From positions 7,219 through 71,218 of the forward strand of contig WQYP01000003.1 in NCBI GenBank assembly GCA_009781185.1: 64,000 bases of DNA, given 5' to 3'. Source of the stretch: Phycisphaerales bacterium. GTDB lineage: Bacteria > Planctomycetota > Phycisphaerae > WQYP01. Below are positions 28,052 through 37,628 of the stretch, one piece after another; positions within the stretch are counted from its first letter, which is position 1; each line of letters starts with the position of its first letter. Below the pieces are notes generated by a model, which ran no database searches, was not told the origin of the DNA, and saw only the letters and a list, made by a program, of their open reading frames with translations. The position numbers and the translations under genes were made by a program.

Positions 28052-28690
28052 TTATTGGGGTTTGATAGCGGCGATGGCATTAAAAGTGCGGCCTTCGGCG
28101 ATGTACTTACGCTCGAAATTGCTGCCGACGAGGGAACGGGGGGGGGAGCCGGGCGGGAGTGGGAGTGGGGAATCGAAGGGGACGATTTGCAGGTCGCTTT
28201 GGGCGCTGAGCATCTGCTGCATGTGGGCGAAATAGTCGGCGTGATCGGTGACGAGGCGTAACTTGCCGCCGGGGATGAGAATGCGATGAACTTCCTTGAG
28301 GAAGGGGAGCTGAATGAGGCGTCGTTTGTGGTGGCGAGTCTTGGGCCAGGGGTCGGGGAAGTAGATGTGGAGGGCGGTCAGAGAGGCTGCGGGAACGTGG
28401 CAGCGGATCCACCAGAATGCCTCGGCTTTCACGAGACGCGCGTTTTCCATCTTGTGGCGGCGAAGACGATCGGCGGCAAAATCGGCGTAGGCGCTGGCGT
28501 ATTCGATGCCGACGAAGTTGGACTGCGGCATGGCACCCGCGATGGCCAGCAGAAAAGTGCCCTTGCCGGAGCCGATCTCCAACTCGACGGGATGATCGTT
28601 GGCGAAGATTTCACGCCAGGCAATGGTGCCGACCTCGTCGGGAATCTCGAGGAGGAAATGCTGAGGATCAAGGTTGGGTCGTAGCGGCAT
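28052..28690 (-). CDS. trmB: tRNA (guanine46-N7)-methyltransferase.
   Basis: …VELEIGSGKGTFLLAIA… SAM-binding motif, …IYFPDPWPK…, …FERKY… . Start at MPLRPN. A heptamer array lies immediately 5' of the start. Confidence 0.8.
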   Translation of the reverse strand: MPLRPNLDPQHFLLEIPDEVGTIAWREIFANDHPVELEIGSGKGTFLLAIAGAMPQSNFVGIEYASAYADFAADRLRRHKMENARLVKAEAFWWIRCHVPAASLTALHIYFPDPWPKTRHHKRRLIQLPFLKEVHRILIPGGKLRLVTDHADYFAHMQQMLSAQSDLQIVPFDSPLPLPPGSPPRSLVGSNFERKYIAEGRTFNAIAAIKPQ

Positions 28691-29108
28691 AGTCGATTTT
28701 CGATTTTTGATTTTCAATTGTAGGGCAAAAATAAAAATGCCGCCACGGGGCTGCCGAGTGGGGCGCGACAGCTTGCGTACAGGCAAAGTGGGAACCCGTA
28801 CGGTGGCGGCGAGGATCGAAACCTCACAAGTCAAGCCAATAGACGCAAAACTTGTGAAAATAATTGACTTGTCACTGCTCGATCAATCCAATGACTTGAC
28901 GATGACCTTAAAAGCTACCCGCAGAAAATCGCTTCGTCAACCGTTTCTTGGTCAATTCTTAATCACTTCTTCAGGGGAATCGGTGAGGGCAATCATTGGA
29001 TGTCCGCCCCCGGCTCTGCCGAGGGCTCGCACGCCGGGAATGCTCCTTCCGCCATCACATCACCGGCATAACCCAATGGCACTCAATTGGGCGCGGTTCC
29101 GGTGAGCG

Positions 29109-31865
29109 TTATGACCGACGTCGCCGGGCGAGCAGGCCCACCGCCCCCAGCCCCAGCAGCGCCAGACTCGTCGGTTCCGGCACCAGCGCGAACTGACCGT
29201 TCTGGCTCAGCACCGCCCAGCTCCAACCCACTCCCTGACCGTCAATGTAATAGCCCCAACTGCCCACTGGCACGTCGCTCAAGCCGCCATTGTCGTTCAA
29301 GAATTCCTCGAGGCTCAAGTTCTCGTGGAATTCGCTGGGATCTCCGACGTACCCCCAGTTATCGAAGCTGACCATGTAGGGGAGTTCGCCTATCGCAAGA
29401 TTGATATCACCGAGATTGAAGGAGATTTCCAGGGCGTATTTGCCACCGAAAGCCTCGGCGGCACCGGTGACGTTGACAACGTCGGAGATCAGTGCCTTCT
29501 CGGTGGTGCTGAAGATGCCACTGGGATCGCCGATGTTGCCAGGGTAAACTTCGTCGGTCATGCGAGCTCGCCATTCCATGGTGACTTGCCCGTCATCGCT
29601 GGCGTTGCCGATGATGGTGGCCGTGGTGCCGACCATGGCAGCGCCTTGGTCGCTGCCGGTCGTTCCCGCAACGGTGGAGGAGAAGCTGTTCAATCCGGCT
29701 TTGACCGCCTTGACGTCCGGGGTGCCGAAGGTGTGACGATCATTGCTGTTATCGGCGAGGATCGGACCGCCGGGACCGCCGCCGCCGTTGACCTCGTAAG
29801 CGAAGAGGATTTGCCCATTCCCATTGTCTGTGATGCTGTAGTTTTTGAAGTCAATGCCGCTCCAGCTTGTGCCGCCAAGAACGATGGAGCCGGGGGTGCC
29901 GCCATAAGTCGTATCCACAAAGCCCGACACGTTGCTGTAGGTGAACAGCGTGAAAGAGCCTTCCGCTCCCGGCGCGAACGCGGAAGTGCCGCCCACCACG
30001 TTCAGGGAGACGGTACCGGGGAAGGCCAGCGTGCCGCCGACGACTGTAATGCTGCTGGGAGTTGCCGTGTTAAAGGCATAATCAAGAGTAGCGCCATCGC
30101 TGAGCGTCAACCCGCCAGCGCTGTTGAATGCCGCATTGTTCAGGGCGCTGAAAGTCAGCGTGCCCGCCGGAGCGAGGGTACCGTTGACGCTGAAGGGGGA
30201 GCCCGTCTGCCCATAGACCTTACCGGAGCCAGCGAGAGTCTGGCTGGAGGGAGTCGCAAAGTTGGCGATGCTGGAAACATCGAAGACCGCTCCACTGCTG
30301 ATGTCGATCTTCTCCGATTTTGCAATGGTATTGATGCCTGTGATCTTCAGTATGCCTTCCTGGATGACAGTCGCACCGGTGTAGGCGTTGGCAGAATGGC
30401 TAAGGGTCAGGGTACCGGTGCCGACTTTGATCAGTGACGCCGTGGTATCCAGCGTGATTGGCGTACCCGAATTAACGACAGTCGAACCGATGTTGGCGAT
30501 TCTTCCCGCGAAGCTGGAGTTGCCGGGTTGGCCGGGATTGCCGATGGTAAGCGTTTGCCCATCGCCGATTTCGATCAAATCACGAATATCGTTGCCGTAC
30601 CCGGATGTTGTCGGTGTTAGCTGATAGATGTGCCCGGAGCTTGGTTGTCCATCGCCATCTTTGAGCACGATATGACAGTTCGCCGTGAAAGTGGTTGGTC
30701 CAGTGCCAAGCCCTTCGCCGTAGAACTGGAGAACTAACCAAGGAGTAGAGCCATTATTGGTAGTCATCGTGACGCCGCCGGTGAAATTGGGATTATTTGC
30801 TCTTGTAATAACAAGCGACTTTCCCGCGGAGATTTTTCCGTCGCCGGTGATCTCGCCGGAGAAGGTGAAGCTTGCCGGTGCGGAGGAGGAGGCGTGCGAG
30901 AGAGTGAGGGTAGTTCCGCTGGCGATACTGACATCGCCAGACAATGTAACGTTTCCTATGGATGCCGCGTTGATCACCTTGTTGGTCCCGCCGCCCGCCA
31001 CGACAATCGGAGTGGTGAACGTGTAATCGGTGTTGCCACTACCACTTATGTAAATCCGAGCCTCACTGCTGTCCGCCCCCAGGTAAATGGCCGTCGCATT
31101 GGGGAGCCGCATGGTGGTGTTGCTGCCGTTTTCAAATGTGAGAATACCACTCATGACATGGATCGTCCCGGTGAAATCCGGGCTGGCCACACTATCAAAC
31201 CGCAAAGCGGTGTTGCTGTTTTGGGTGATATCGGCAACGTTGGCGCCGATGACACCTCTTACAGAGGTGCCAGCAGAGCCCGTCGTCGTCAGGCCGACAC
31301 CGTTACTGTTAATAGCACTGGCGGAGACAGCCGTGCCGGAGTTGGTGATGGTATTTGCCGGATCGTACGACGCGAAGTTAATGCCGCCGGAGAGAATGAG
31401 GGAATTGGCTGAATTGTTGGCGATCGTCAAAGCGGTGTCCTGGATGGAAATGGGAGCACTGATGATGTCGGCAAAGCTGCCCACGACATGGGTGATGTAA
31501 GTGCCACTGCCGCCGCCGTTAAGGGTTAAGTTATTCGCTGCACTGCCACCGAGCGTGAAGGCGGCAGTGGAGGACGAATCGATGATGAGCGTTTTCGCGA
31601 TGCCCGGGGAGCTGATGGTGGCGCCTGTCGTGAAAGTGACATCATCGCCGACGTCGGGGTAACTGAGGGTGGGTGACCCGCCGGTGAGAGCCCAGTTATT
31701 TGTGTCATTCCACGCGCCCGCGGCTCCCCCTTGCCAAGTGAAAGTTGCCGCCGAAGCCGCCTGCAGTGCCATTGCCGCGGCAATGGCGGCCACGCTTAGG
31801 ATGCCGTACTTTTTGAACGAGCGACTGCCGAAGGTTTTGTGACTGGCCATTTTGATGATCTCCAA
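29109..31865 (-). CDS. PEP-CTERM-anchored secreted protein with autotransporter-like beta-helix repeats (918 aa).
   Basis: Signal peptide; many …GTLTLS…/…GGTL… beta-strand repeats. C-terminus …ALVPEPTSLALLGLGAVGLLARRRRS is the canonical PEP-CTERM sorting signal (VPEP, TM helix, Arg cluster). Confidence 0.75.
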   Translation of the reverse strand: MEIIKMASHKTFGSRSFKKYGILSVAAIAAAMALQAASAATFTWQGGAAGAWNDTNNWALTGGSPTLSYPDVGDDVTFTTGATISSPGIAKTLIIDSSSTAAFTLGGSAANNLTLNGGGSGTYITHVVGSFADIISAPISIQDTALTIANNSANSLILSGGINFASYDPANTITNSGTAVSASAINSNGVGLTTTGSAGTSVRGVIGANVADITQNSNTALRFDSVASPDFTGTIHVMSGILTFENGSNTTMRLPNATAIYLGADSSEARIYISGSGNTDYTFTTPIVVAGGGTNKVINAASIGNVTLSGDVSIASGTTLTLSHASSSAPASFTFSGEITGDGKISAGKSLVITRANNPNFTGGVTMTTNNGSTPWLVLQFYGEGLGTGPTTFTANCHIVLKDGDGQPSSGHIYQLTPTTSGYGNDIRDLIEIGDGQTLTIGNPGQPGNSSFAGRIANIGSTVVNSGTPITLDTTASLIKVGTGTLTLSHSANAYTGATVIQEGILKITGINTIAKSEKIDISSGAVFDVSSIANFATPSSQTLAGSGKVYGQTGSPFSVNGTLAPAGTLTFSALNNAAFNSAGGLTLSDGATLDYAFNTATPSSITVVGGTLAFPGTVSLNVVGGTSAFAPGAEGSFTLFTYSNVSGFVDTTYGGTPGSIVLGGTSWSGIDFKNYSITDNGNGQILFAYEVNGGGGPGGPILADNSNDRHTFGTPDVKAVKAGLNSFSSTVAGTTGSDQGAAMVGTTATIIGNASDDGQVTMEWRARMTDEVYPGNIGDPSGIFSTTEKALISDVVNVTGAAEAFGGKYALEISFNLGDINLAIGELPYMVSFDNWGYVGDPSEFHENLSLEEFLNDNGGLSDVPVGSWGYYIDGQGVGWSWAVLSQNGQFALVPEPTSLALLGLGAVGLLARRRRS

Positions 31866-32380
31866 AGAGGACTCTCACTTCAATTCAGCTTCCCAAGCGG
31901 GAAGCAAAAACGCCAAAGGGAACGACAAGCCACCGAAAACTCGCTATTGTCAGCGAGATTTCGAACGTTGCTCTCGTTCCCTCTTTTGTCTTGAACGTCC
32001 CGAACTCAGTTCATGAGCTGTCCGGGCTGATGATGTAACATGGGCATCCTGCCCGCAAAACGCTCCCTGACGGTCGCGTTTCGGATTGGTTGCCGCGTCT
32101 CGAATTCGTGGGGAAAAATCAAATAATTAATGTTAAACTGGGGGGGGGGGGCAAGTTGGATAATTTGACCAAGGAAGTCTGACAATATTTTTCGCGATTC
32201 ATCGCGGCCGGAGAAAAACGCCGAGAAAATGTCGCAATTTTGCGTCATCATTGAGCTTACGCTCACCCTTGCCAACCAATACCCTCGCGCAACCGCCACA
32301 CGACAGCACGCGACATGTTCCCTATACCACAGATTTCGGGAAAAACAAGAATATTTTATTTTTTTTGCATCGTAAGCTCA

Positions 32381-34339
32381 TCAGCCACTGGACGCCCCCC
32401 CGGCAAAGCCAGGGACTGACGAGGGTGCAGGTGGTGGGATGCGTTGCCAGACGCGGGTGCGCCAGGTGTTGTAGACGTAGAAACGCCATTCGAAATAGAG
32501 GCGATAGGATTTTTCTTCGACGAGTTTCCAGTTGGGGCCGAGCTTCAGGCTGAGGGATTCGGTGGAAAGCGATTCGGTGGCGGGGGTGAGGTCGCCGCAT
32601 TTGTCGGTGATGATGATGGTGTGGATTTCGGGGGTGGTACGTGTGCGGCGGAGGAAGTCGTGGAGGCGGGCGATCTCGTACATGCCGTAGGCGAAGTTTT
32701 GTTCGGGGAGGAAATAGCTGCCGTCGGACATGGGGCGGACGTGGCGTGCGAGTGCGTAGGTGACGGGGATCACGACGCCGGGAATGGTGAGATTTAAGTG
32801 TGCAACTGCGAGGGTTTTGCGGTTTTTGGCGTCGAAATAGTCGGGTTTTGTCGCGATTTGGGCCGCGATGTGAAAGGGGGGATTGCGATAGACGAAATAG
32901 TTGGAGCAGGCGGAGGCCAGGGATGCGGCGATGACGAAACTGATGGCGAGGGTCCGGACGGGCCAGGTGGGCAGGCGTCGGAGCGAGGCGGCCAGCCAGA
33001 GGATCAGCGGAGCAATGATCGCTCCGACGTATCGCGGTTCCCAGAGCGGAGAGATTTTGTCGTAGCTCTGCCAGACGACTTTGTACCAGGTGGAATCTCT
33101 TGGGATCCAGGTGAGGGCGAGGGCGGCGGGCGGGAGAAGGATCCAGAGGGCCAGCCACCATGAGGGGGAGAAGGGGAGAGGTGGGGAGGGGGATAGGGAG
33201 CGCCGTCGGCCTCGCCAAGGGATCAGGCCGAGGATGAGAATGGCGGCGAAAATCAGGGCAACGTAAAACTCCGCGACAGCGAGCCAAGGCATCGAGCGAG
33301 TGGCGGCGTGCAGGTTGAAGTCGGAGTTGCCCAGGTTGAACCAGGTGCGGACCATCGGGTCGGGCGGGTAGCTGGGGTAGAGGTAACCTAACAGGTGGGA
33401 GCAGGGGAGCGAGGCGATGGTTTTCCATGTCATGTCGGTGTAGCTGAGGACCCAGGAGAGGGTCGTGTCGCCGCGACGTTCGATGAGGCGGTCCCACCAG
33501 TAGGTGCCGTTGAGGTACCAGTAGATCGGCAGGAGCGACATGATGCCGGCGGCGAGGGCGAAAAGGGGGCCGTCAAGGCAGCGCAGGCGCGGACGCGTGA
33601 GCAGGAAGATCAGTTGCAGAGCGATCATGAACCAGGCGGTGGAGTGCATGGCGGTCATGACGAAGCCGGTGAGGACGTAGAGCGGGAACCATAACAGGTG
33701 CTTGTGCGTGGTCTGCCATTTGAAAAAGAGGGCGGCGTTGAGGATGAGGAAGAGCCACATCGGGCCGTACATTTTGATGTCACGCGAATAGTAGATGAGG
33801 TACGGATTGACGGCAGTGAGCAGGGCGGCGAGGAGAGCACCCCTGCGATCGGTGAACTGGCGTGCGAGGAAGTAGACGGCAAGGACGGTGAGCGTTCCGA
33901 GAATGGCGGTGAGGGATCGGGTGGCAAGTGGCGTGAGAGCGGTATAAGCGGGATTTGCGGCACTGCCGAGAATCTTGGTCCACCAGTGATCGGGGCTCAC
34001 GAAGTATTCGATGAAGAGCGTCCACCAGCGAAGGAGAGCGTACCAGCCGGGGGGGAAACCCTGATTGGAGAGCGAAGCGAGCATCTGCTGGAAATTGCCC
34101 TGAACGCGATTGACGGTGTAGGACTCGTCGGTCCAGTAGCACTGATAGGAGATGCGAAAGAATCGCAGGAAGGCGGCCAAAAGTGTGATGGCGGTGAGAG
34201 TCAGGGTGAGCTGTTTACGAGAAGGAAACCGCGGCCATGCGTTGGATGTGTTAGCCCCCGGCTCTGCCGGGGGTTGACTGGCAATTGCGATTGCACCTGG
34301 CATATCAGGCACCGGCGATGTCTGCGAGGCGATGGTCAT
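32381..34339 (-). CDS. Membrane glycosyltransferase family 39/83 (PMT_2, ArnT-like, dolichyl-phosphate-mannose-type).
   Basis: ~12 TM helices. N-terminal region …YTVNRVQGN…PPGWYALLRWW…AILGTLTVLAVYFLARQF…AVNPYLIYYSRDIKMY fits ArnT/PMT_2. Carries the 26-nt palindrome in-frame near its N-terminus. Confidence 0.55.
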   Translation of the reverse strand: MTIASQTSPVPDMPGAIAIASQPPAEPGANTSNAWPRFPSRKQLTLTLTAITLLAAFLRFFRISYQCYWTDESYTVNRVQGNFQQMLASLSNQGFPPGWYALLRWWTLFIEYFVSPDHWWTKILGSAANPAYTALTPLATRSLTAILGTLTVLAVYFLARQFTDRRGALLAALLTAVNPYLIYYSRDIKMYGPMWLFLILNAALFFKWQTTHKHLLWFPLYVLTGFVMTAMHSTAWFMIALQLIFLLTRPRLRCLDGPLFALAAGIMSLLPIYWYLNGTYWWDRLIERRGDTTLSWVLSYTDMTWKTIASLPCSHLLGYLYPSYPPDPMVRTWFNLGNSDFNLHAATRSMPWLAVAEFYVALIFAAILILGLIPWRGRRRSLSPSPPLPFSPSWWLALWILLPPAALALTWIPRDSTWYKVVWQSYDKISPLWEPRYVGAIIAPLILWLAASLRRLPTWPVRTLAISFVIAASLASACSNYFVYRNPPFHIAAQIATKPDYFDAKNRKTLAVAHLNLTIPGVVIPVTYALARHVRPMSDGSYFLPEQNFAYGMYEIARLHDFLRRTRTTPEIHTIIITDKCGDLTPATESLSTESLSLKLGPNWKLVEEKSYRLYFEWRFYVYNTWRTRVWQRIPPPAPSSVPGFAGGASSG

Positions 34340-34527
34340 GGAAGAGAAACGATGAGGAGGGAAAGTTATTGGGTATTGATGAAGAAGCCGGAAGCTGGAA
34401 GCCGGGAAAATTCGAAACTCGAAATTCGAAACAAATTCGAATGTTCGAATGACTGAAACAAGACTGCCTAAGATGCGTGGATTATTTTCTGTGATCAGTC
34501 GCGATGCAAATACCCAAGAGCATCCAT

Positions 34528-34556
34528 GAAAAACCCCCGGCAGAGCCGGGGGCTGA
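34528..34556 (-). terminator. Rho-independent terminator of rpsA (cccccggctctgccggggg + T5 on the minus strand).
   Basis: On the minus strand: cgtcagcccccggctctgccgggggttttt. It lies 28 nt after the rpsA stop codon. Confidence 0.65.
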
Positions 34557-34583
34557 CGATAGCTGCGATTGTTTTTTGGGGGG

Positions 34584-36320
34584 TTATTCGAGACCGCCTT
34601 TGTATTTTTTTGCGGGTTTGCCGTCTTCGGTGAGTTCGGGAGCGTCGGAGAGGTCGCCGCCGGCGCCCCATTGGGCGCGTTTGAGGGAGAGGCCGATCTT
34701 GCGGTCGTCGATGTCGACGCGGAGGATTTTGACTTCGACGTCGTCGCCGATCTTGACGACGTCGGTGGGGTTCTCGACTTTTTCGTCGGAGAGTTCGCTG
34801 ACGTGGAGGAGTCCTTCGAGGCCGGGTTCGAGTTCGACGAAGACGCCGAAGTTGGTGATCTTGGTGATCTTGCCTTTGACGATCATGCCGGGCTGATAGT
34901 TGGTGGGGATCGCGTGGAGCCAGGGGTCTTCGGTCATTTGCTTGAGGCCCAGGGCGACGCGGTTCTTTTCCTGGTCGACGGAGAGGACGACGCATTGCAG
35001 ATCGTCGCCTTTCTTGAGTACTTCGGAAGGATGGGCGACTTTTTTGGTCCAGGAGAGGTCGGAAACGTGCAGGAGGCCGTCGATGCCTTCTTCGATTTCG
35101 ACGAAGGCGCCGTAGTTGGTGAGGTTGCGAACTTTGCCGGTGATGACGGTACCGGGGGGATATTTCTCGGCGAGCAGCGTCCAGGGATTCGCTTCGGTCT
35201 GCTTCATGCCCAGCGAGATTTCCTGTTTGGTTTTGTTGACGTCGAGGACGACGACGTCGATTTCTTCGCCGACGCTGACCATTTCGCTGGGGTGGTTGAT
35301 GCGTTTGGTCCAGGACATTTCGGAGATGTGCACGAGTCCTTCGACGCCTTCCTCGAGCTTCACGAAAGCGCCGTACGACATGATGTTCGTAACGGCGCCC
35401 TTGACGCGTGTGCCTACCGGGTACTTCTCCTCGGCGTGCTCCCACGGAGAAGCTTGTTTCTGCTTGAGCCCAAGAGCGATCTTCTCCTTCTCCTTATCGA
35501 CGTTGAGCACGACGACTTCGAGTTCCTGATCGAGTTTGACCATGTCGGAGGGGTGATTAATGCGGCCCCAGGACATGTCGGTGATGTGGAGGAGACCGTC
35601 GACGCCACCGAGGTCGACGAAGGCGCCAAAGTCCGCGATGTTCTTGATGACGCCCTTGCGGGTCTGGCCGATCTGGATTTCGCCGAAGAGTTTTTGCTTG
35701 GCTTCGCCACGGAGTTTTTCGAGGAGCTTGCGGCGGCTGATGACGATGTTGCGGCGTTCGAGGTCGATCTTGAGAATCTCGGCGTCGATGATACGGCCGA
35801 TGTATTCGCCGATGTCGGCAGGGCGGCGGATGTCGACTTGAGAGGCGGGGAGGAAGACCGGAACGCCGACGTCGACAAGGAGGCCGCCTTTGATTTTGCG
35901 GGTGACTTTGCCTTGGACGGGGTCGCCTTCTTTTTTGGTTTCGATGATTTTGTTCCAGCCGGTGATGCGGTCGGCTTTGCGTTTGGAGATGACGACGAGG
36001 CCGGAGTCGGATTCGACTTGTTCAAGGAGGACGGTGACATCGTCGCCAACTTCGATGTCGGACATTTCTTCGGGGTCCCATTCGCGGGAGAGTGAGAGAA
36101 CGCCTTCGGACTTGAGGCCGATTTCGACGACGACGTCGTCGCCGTGGATGTTGACGATTTTGCCTTTGAGGATGGCGCCGTTGGCAAAGGAAGCGCCTGT
36201 GGAATCGAGCAGGGCGCCGATTTCCTTGTCGTCGAATTGATCCTGGAATTCCTGTTCGATAGCGGCCTGGGATTGCTGTTCGTCAAGGCCGAGTTCTTTC
36301 AGGAGGGCAAAATTAACCAT
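34584..36320 (-). CDS. rpsA: 30S ribosomal protein S1.
   Basis: Six S1 domains (repeating …GxxVxGxVxxIxxFGAFVxL… units). The ORF extends to 36344; start at MVNFALLKE preferred. Confidence 0.85.
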   Translation of the reverse strand: MVNFALLKELGLDEQQSQAAIEQEFQDQFDDKEIGALLDSTGASFANGAILKGKIVNIHGDDVVVEIGLKSEGVLSLSREWDPEEMSDIEVGDDVTVLLEQVESDSGLVVISKRKADRITGWNKIIETKKEGDPVQGKVTRKIKGGLLVDVGVPVFLPASQVDIRRPADIGEYIGRIIDAEILKIDLERRNIVISRRKLLEKLRGEAKQKLFGEIQIGQTRKGVIKNIADFGAFVDLGGVDGLLHITDMSWGRINHPSDMVKLDQELEVVVLNVDKEKEKIALGLKQKQASPWEHAEEKYPVGTRVKGAVTNIMSYGAFVKLEEGVEGLVHISEMSWTKRINHPSEMVSVGEEIDVVVLDVNKTKQEISLGMKQTEANPWTLLAEKYPPGTVITGKVRNLTNYGAFVEIEEGIDGLLHVSDLSWTKKVAHPSEVLKKGDDLQCVVLSVDQEKNRVALGLKQMTEDPWLHAIPTNYQPGMIVKGKITKITNFGVFVELEPGLEGLLHVSELSDEKVENPTDVVKIGDDVEVKILRVDIDDRKIGLSLKRAQWGAGGDLSDAPELTEDGKPAKKYKGGLE

Positions 36321-36731
36321 ATGCAGAGAAACCTTTCGTCTCACGCGGTCGGTCTTTTCCGCCTGTTACGGAACATCCGCAGCAAGCCGAAGTCACCCGC
36401 GCCGATCGCACGGCGGGCGCCCGCTGAGCGAGTGCCGATAGGCGCTCTGAAGACCCAGAGGGGAAACGAGTAAGTATAGCGGAGAGAGAGAGTTGGGGAA
36501 AGCGAGATGAAAAGAGCGGACTCGTAAAATTTGTAAAATGGGTGAAAGTCGTAAAATGCGTGGAGAGGGGGCGGAGCACCGCATGGTAATGCGGTGGTTG
36601 AATACCATGAGGCGGCCAAACCACCGCATTACCCTGCGGTACTCCCAAAGATGCAATCTTACGATACGGCTCTGATGATTTGCGGGACAATGCGTGGACG
36701 GCTATGGTTGCGTATATGAGGTGAATGGCTT

Positions 36732-37613
36732 ATGCGGCAATGTGCTCGATGTTTTGCGGTATTGGTGGTTCTGGGGGCTACGTCGCAGGCTTGGGGGCAG
36801 GAGGAAAGTTATCCCATTCGATTACGCCGAGCGTTGAAGGTTGGCGATGTTTACGACACGCATGTGACTTTGGAACAGACGGAAACCGCGACGATTATCG
36901 TTGCGCAGTTGGTGCCGCAGGAGAAGAGCCGGGAGAGGAAAGTGGATCTGCAGGGGCGGTGGAAAGTATTGGAGGTGAACGCGGATGGCAGACCCACGTT
37001 GCTGGAACTGACGGTGAAGAAGTTTACGGATGAGACGGGGCAGAGCCTGATTCATGCCAACAAGGTGATCGAAGTCAAGCGTGAAGCGGAGCAGTCGGAT
37101 TTCTCAATGAAGGGCGGCGGGGAGATATCGGAGGATGCCAAGGCCATTTTGAGGATACTGAATCGGCCAGTGCGGGAGGGAGACTTGAATGAGGATGACG
37201 TTTCTGGCAGCAAGATGCCGCGGAAGGTGGGTGAATCGTGGGCGATCCATTCTGAAAACGGCGTGAAGGTTGCTTCGCGGGATGGGCTGACGATCGATCC
37301 GAAAGACATGACGGGGCATATGACGCTCAAGGGGGTGGAGACGATCAATGGAGGGAAGGCGTTGCGGATAGTTGGGACGGTGGAGATGACCCATCTCAAG
37401 TTGCCGGTGCCGCCGGGAGTGACTCTTGAGAGTTGCGACGAGAAGGTGCAATGCAGTGGGTTGTACCCGGTGGATCTTTCGCAGCCGCATGCGGAGAATG
37501 AGACCATCACGGACAGGAGGGTCGTGATGAGCAGGAACGGGGCGAAGACCGAAGTCAAGGCACATGGTGTGCTGAAGGAAACAATGACGCCCGTTTCCCC
37601 AGTGAAAAAATAG
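36732..37613 (+). CDS. Secreted hypothetical protein.
   Basis: Signal peptide MRQCARCFAVLVVLGATSQAWG. No recognised domain. Confidence 0.4.
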   Translation: MRQCARCFAVLVVLGATSQAWGQEESYPIRLRRALKVGDVYDTHVTLEQTETATIIVAQLVPQEKSRERKVDLQGRWKVLEVNADGRPTLLELTVKKFTDETGQSLIHANKVIEVKREAEQSDFSMKGGGEISEDAKAILRILNRPVREGDLNEDDVSGSKMPRKVGESWAIHSENGVKVASRDGLTIDPKDMTGHMTLKGVETINGGKALRIVGTVEMTHLKLPVPPGVTLESCDEKVQCSGLYPVDLSQPHAENETITDRRVVMSRNGAKTEVKAHGVLKETMTPVSPVKK

Positions 37614-37628
37614 TGGAGTGGGTTCGGT

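Noticed and set aside
28674-29105. 143-aa plus-strand ORF between trmB and the PEP-CTERM gene
   Set aside because: Lower-GC, promoter-like region. The translation has no features, and the region contains a heptamer array and a palindrome variant, so it is more likely regulatory or intergenic.
32172-32200. sigma70-like promoter (ttgacc…tatttt) on the plus strand upstream of the G12 tract region
   Set aside because: It would drive antisense transcription into a minus-strand gene, and the spacer is ~15 nt. The region more likely serves the minus-strand PEP-CTERM gene. Kept only as a note inside a finding.
34408-34452. tRNA-like T-loop sequences (ttcgaat)
   Set aside because: These belong to heptamer tandem arrays. 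No acceptor-stem/anticodon architecture could be assembled around them, and no tRNA or rRNA was recognised in any intergenic region.
34569-36095. 508-aa plus-strand ORF and other long ORFs opposite rpsA
   Set aside because: The minus strand clearly encodes ribosomal protein S1 with six S1 domains. The plus-strand translation is repetitive Asp/Gly/Val/Phe-rich with no domains.
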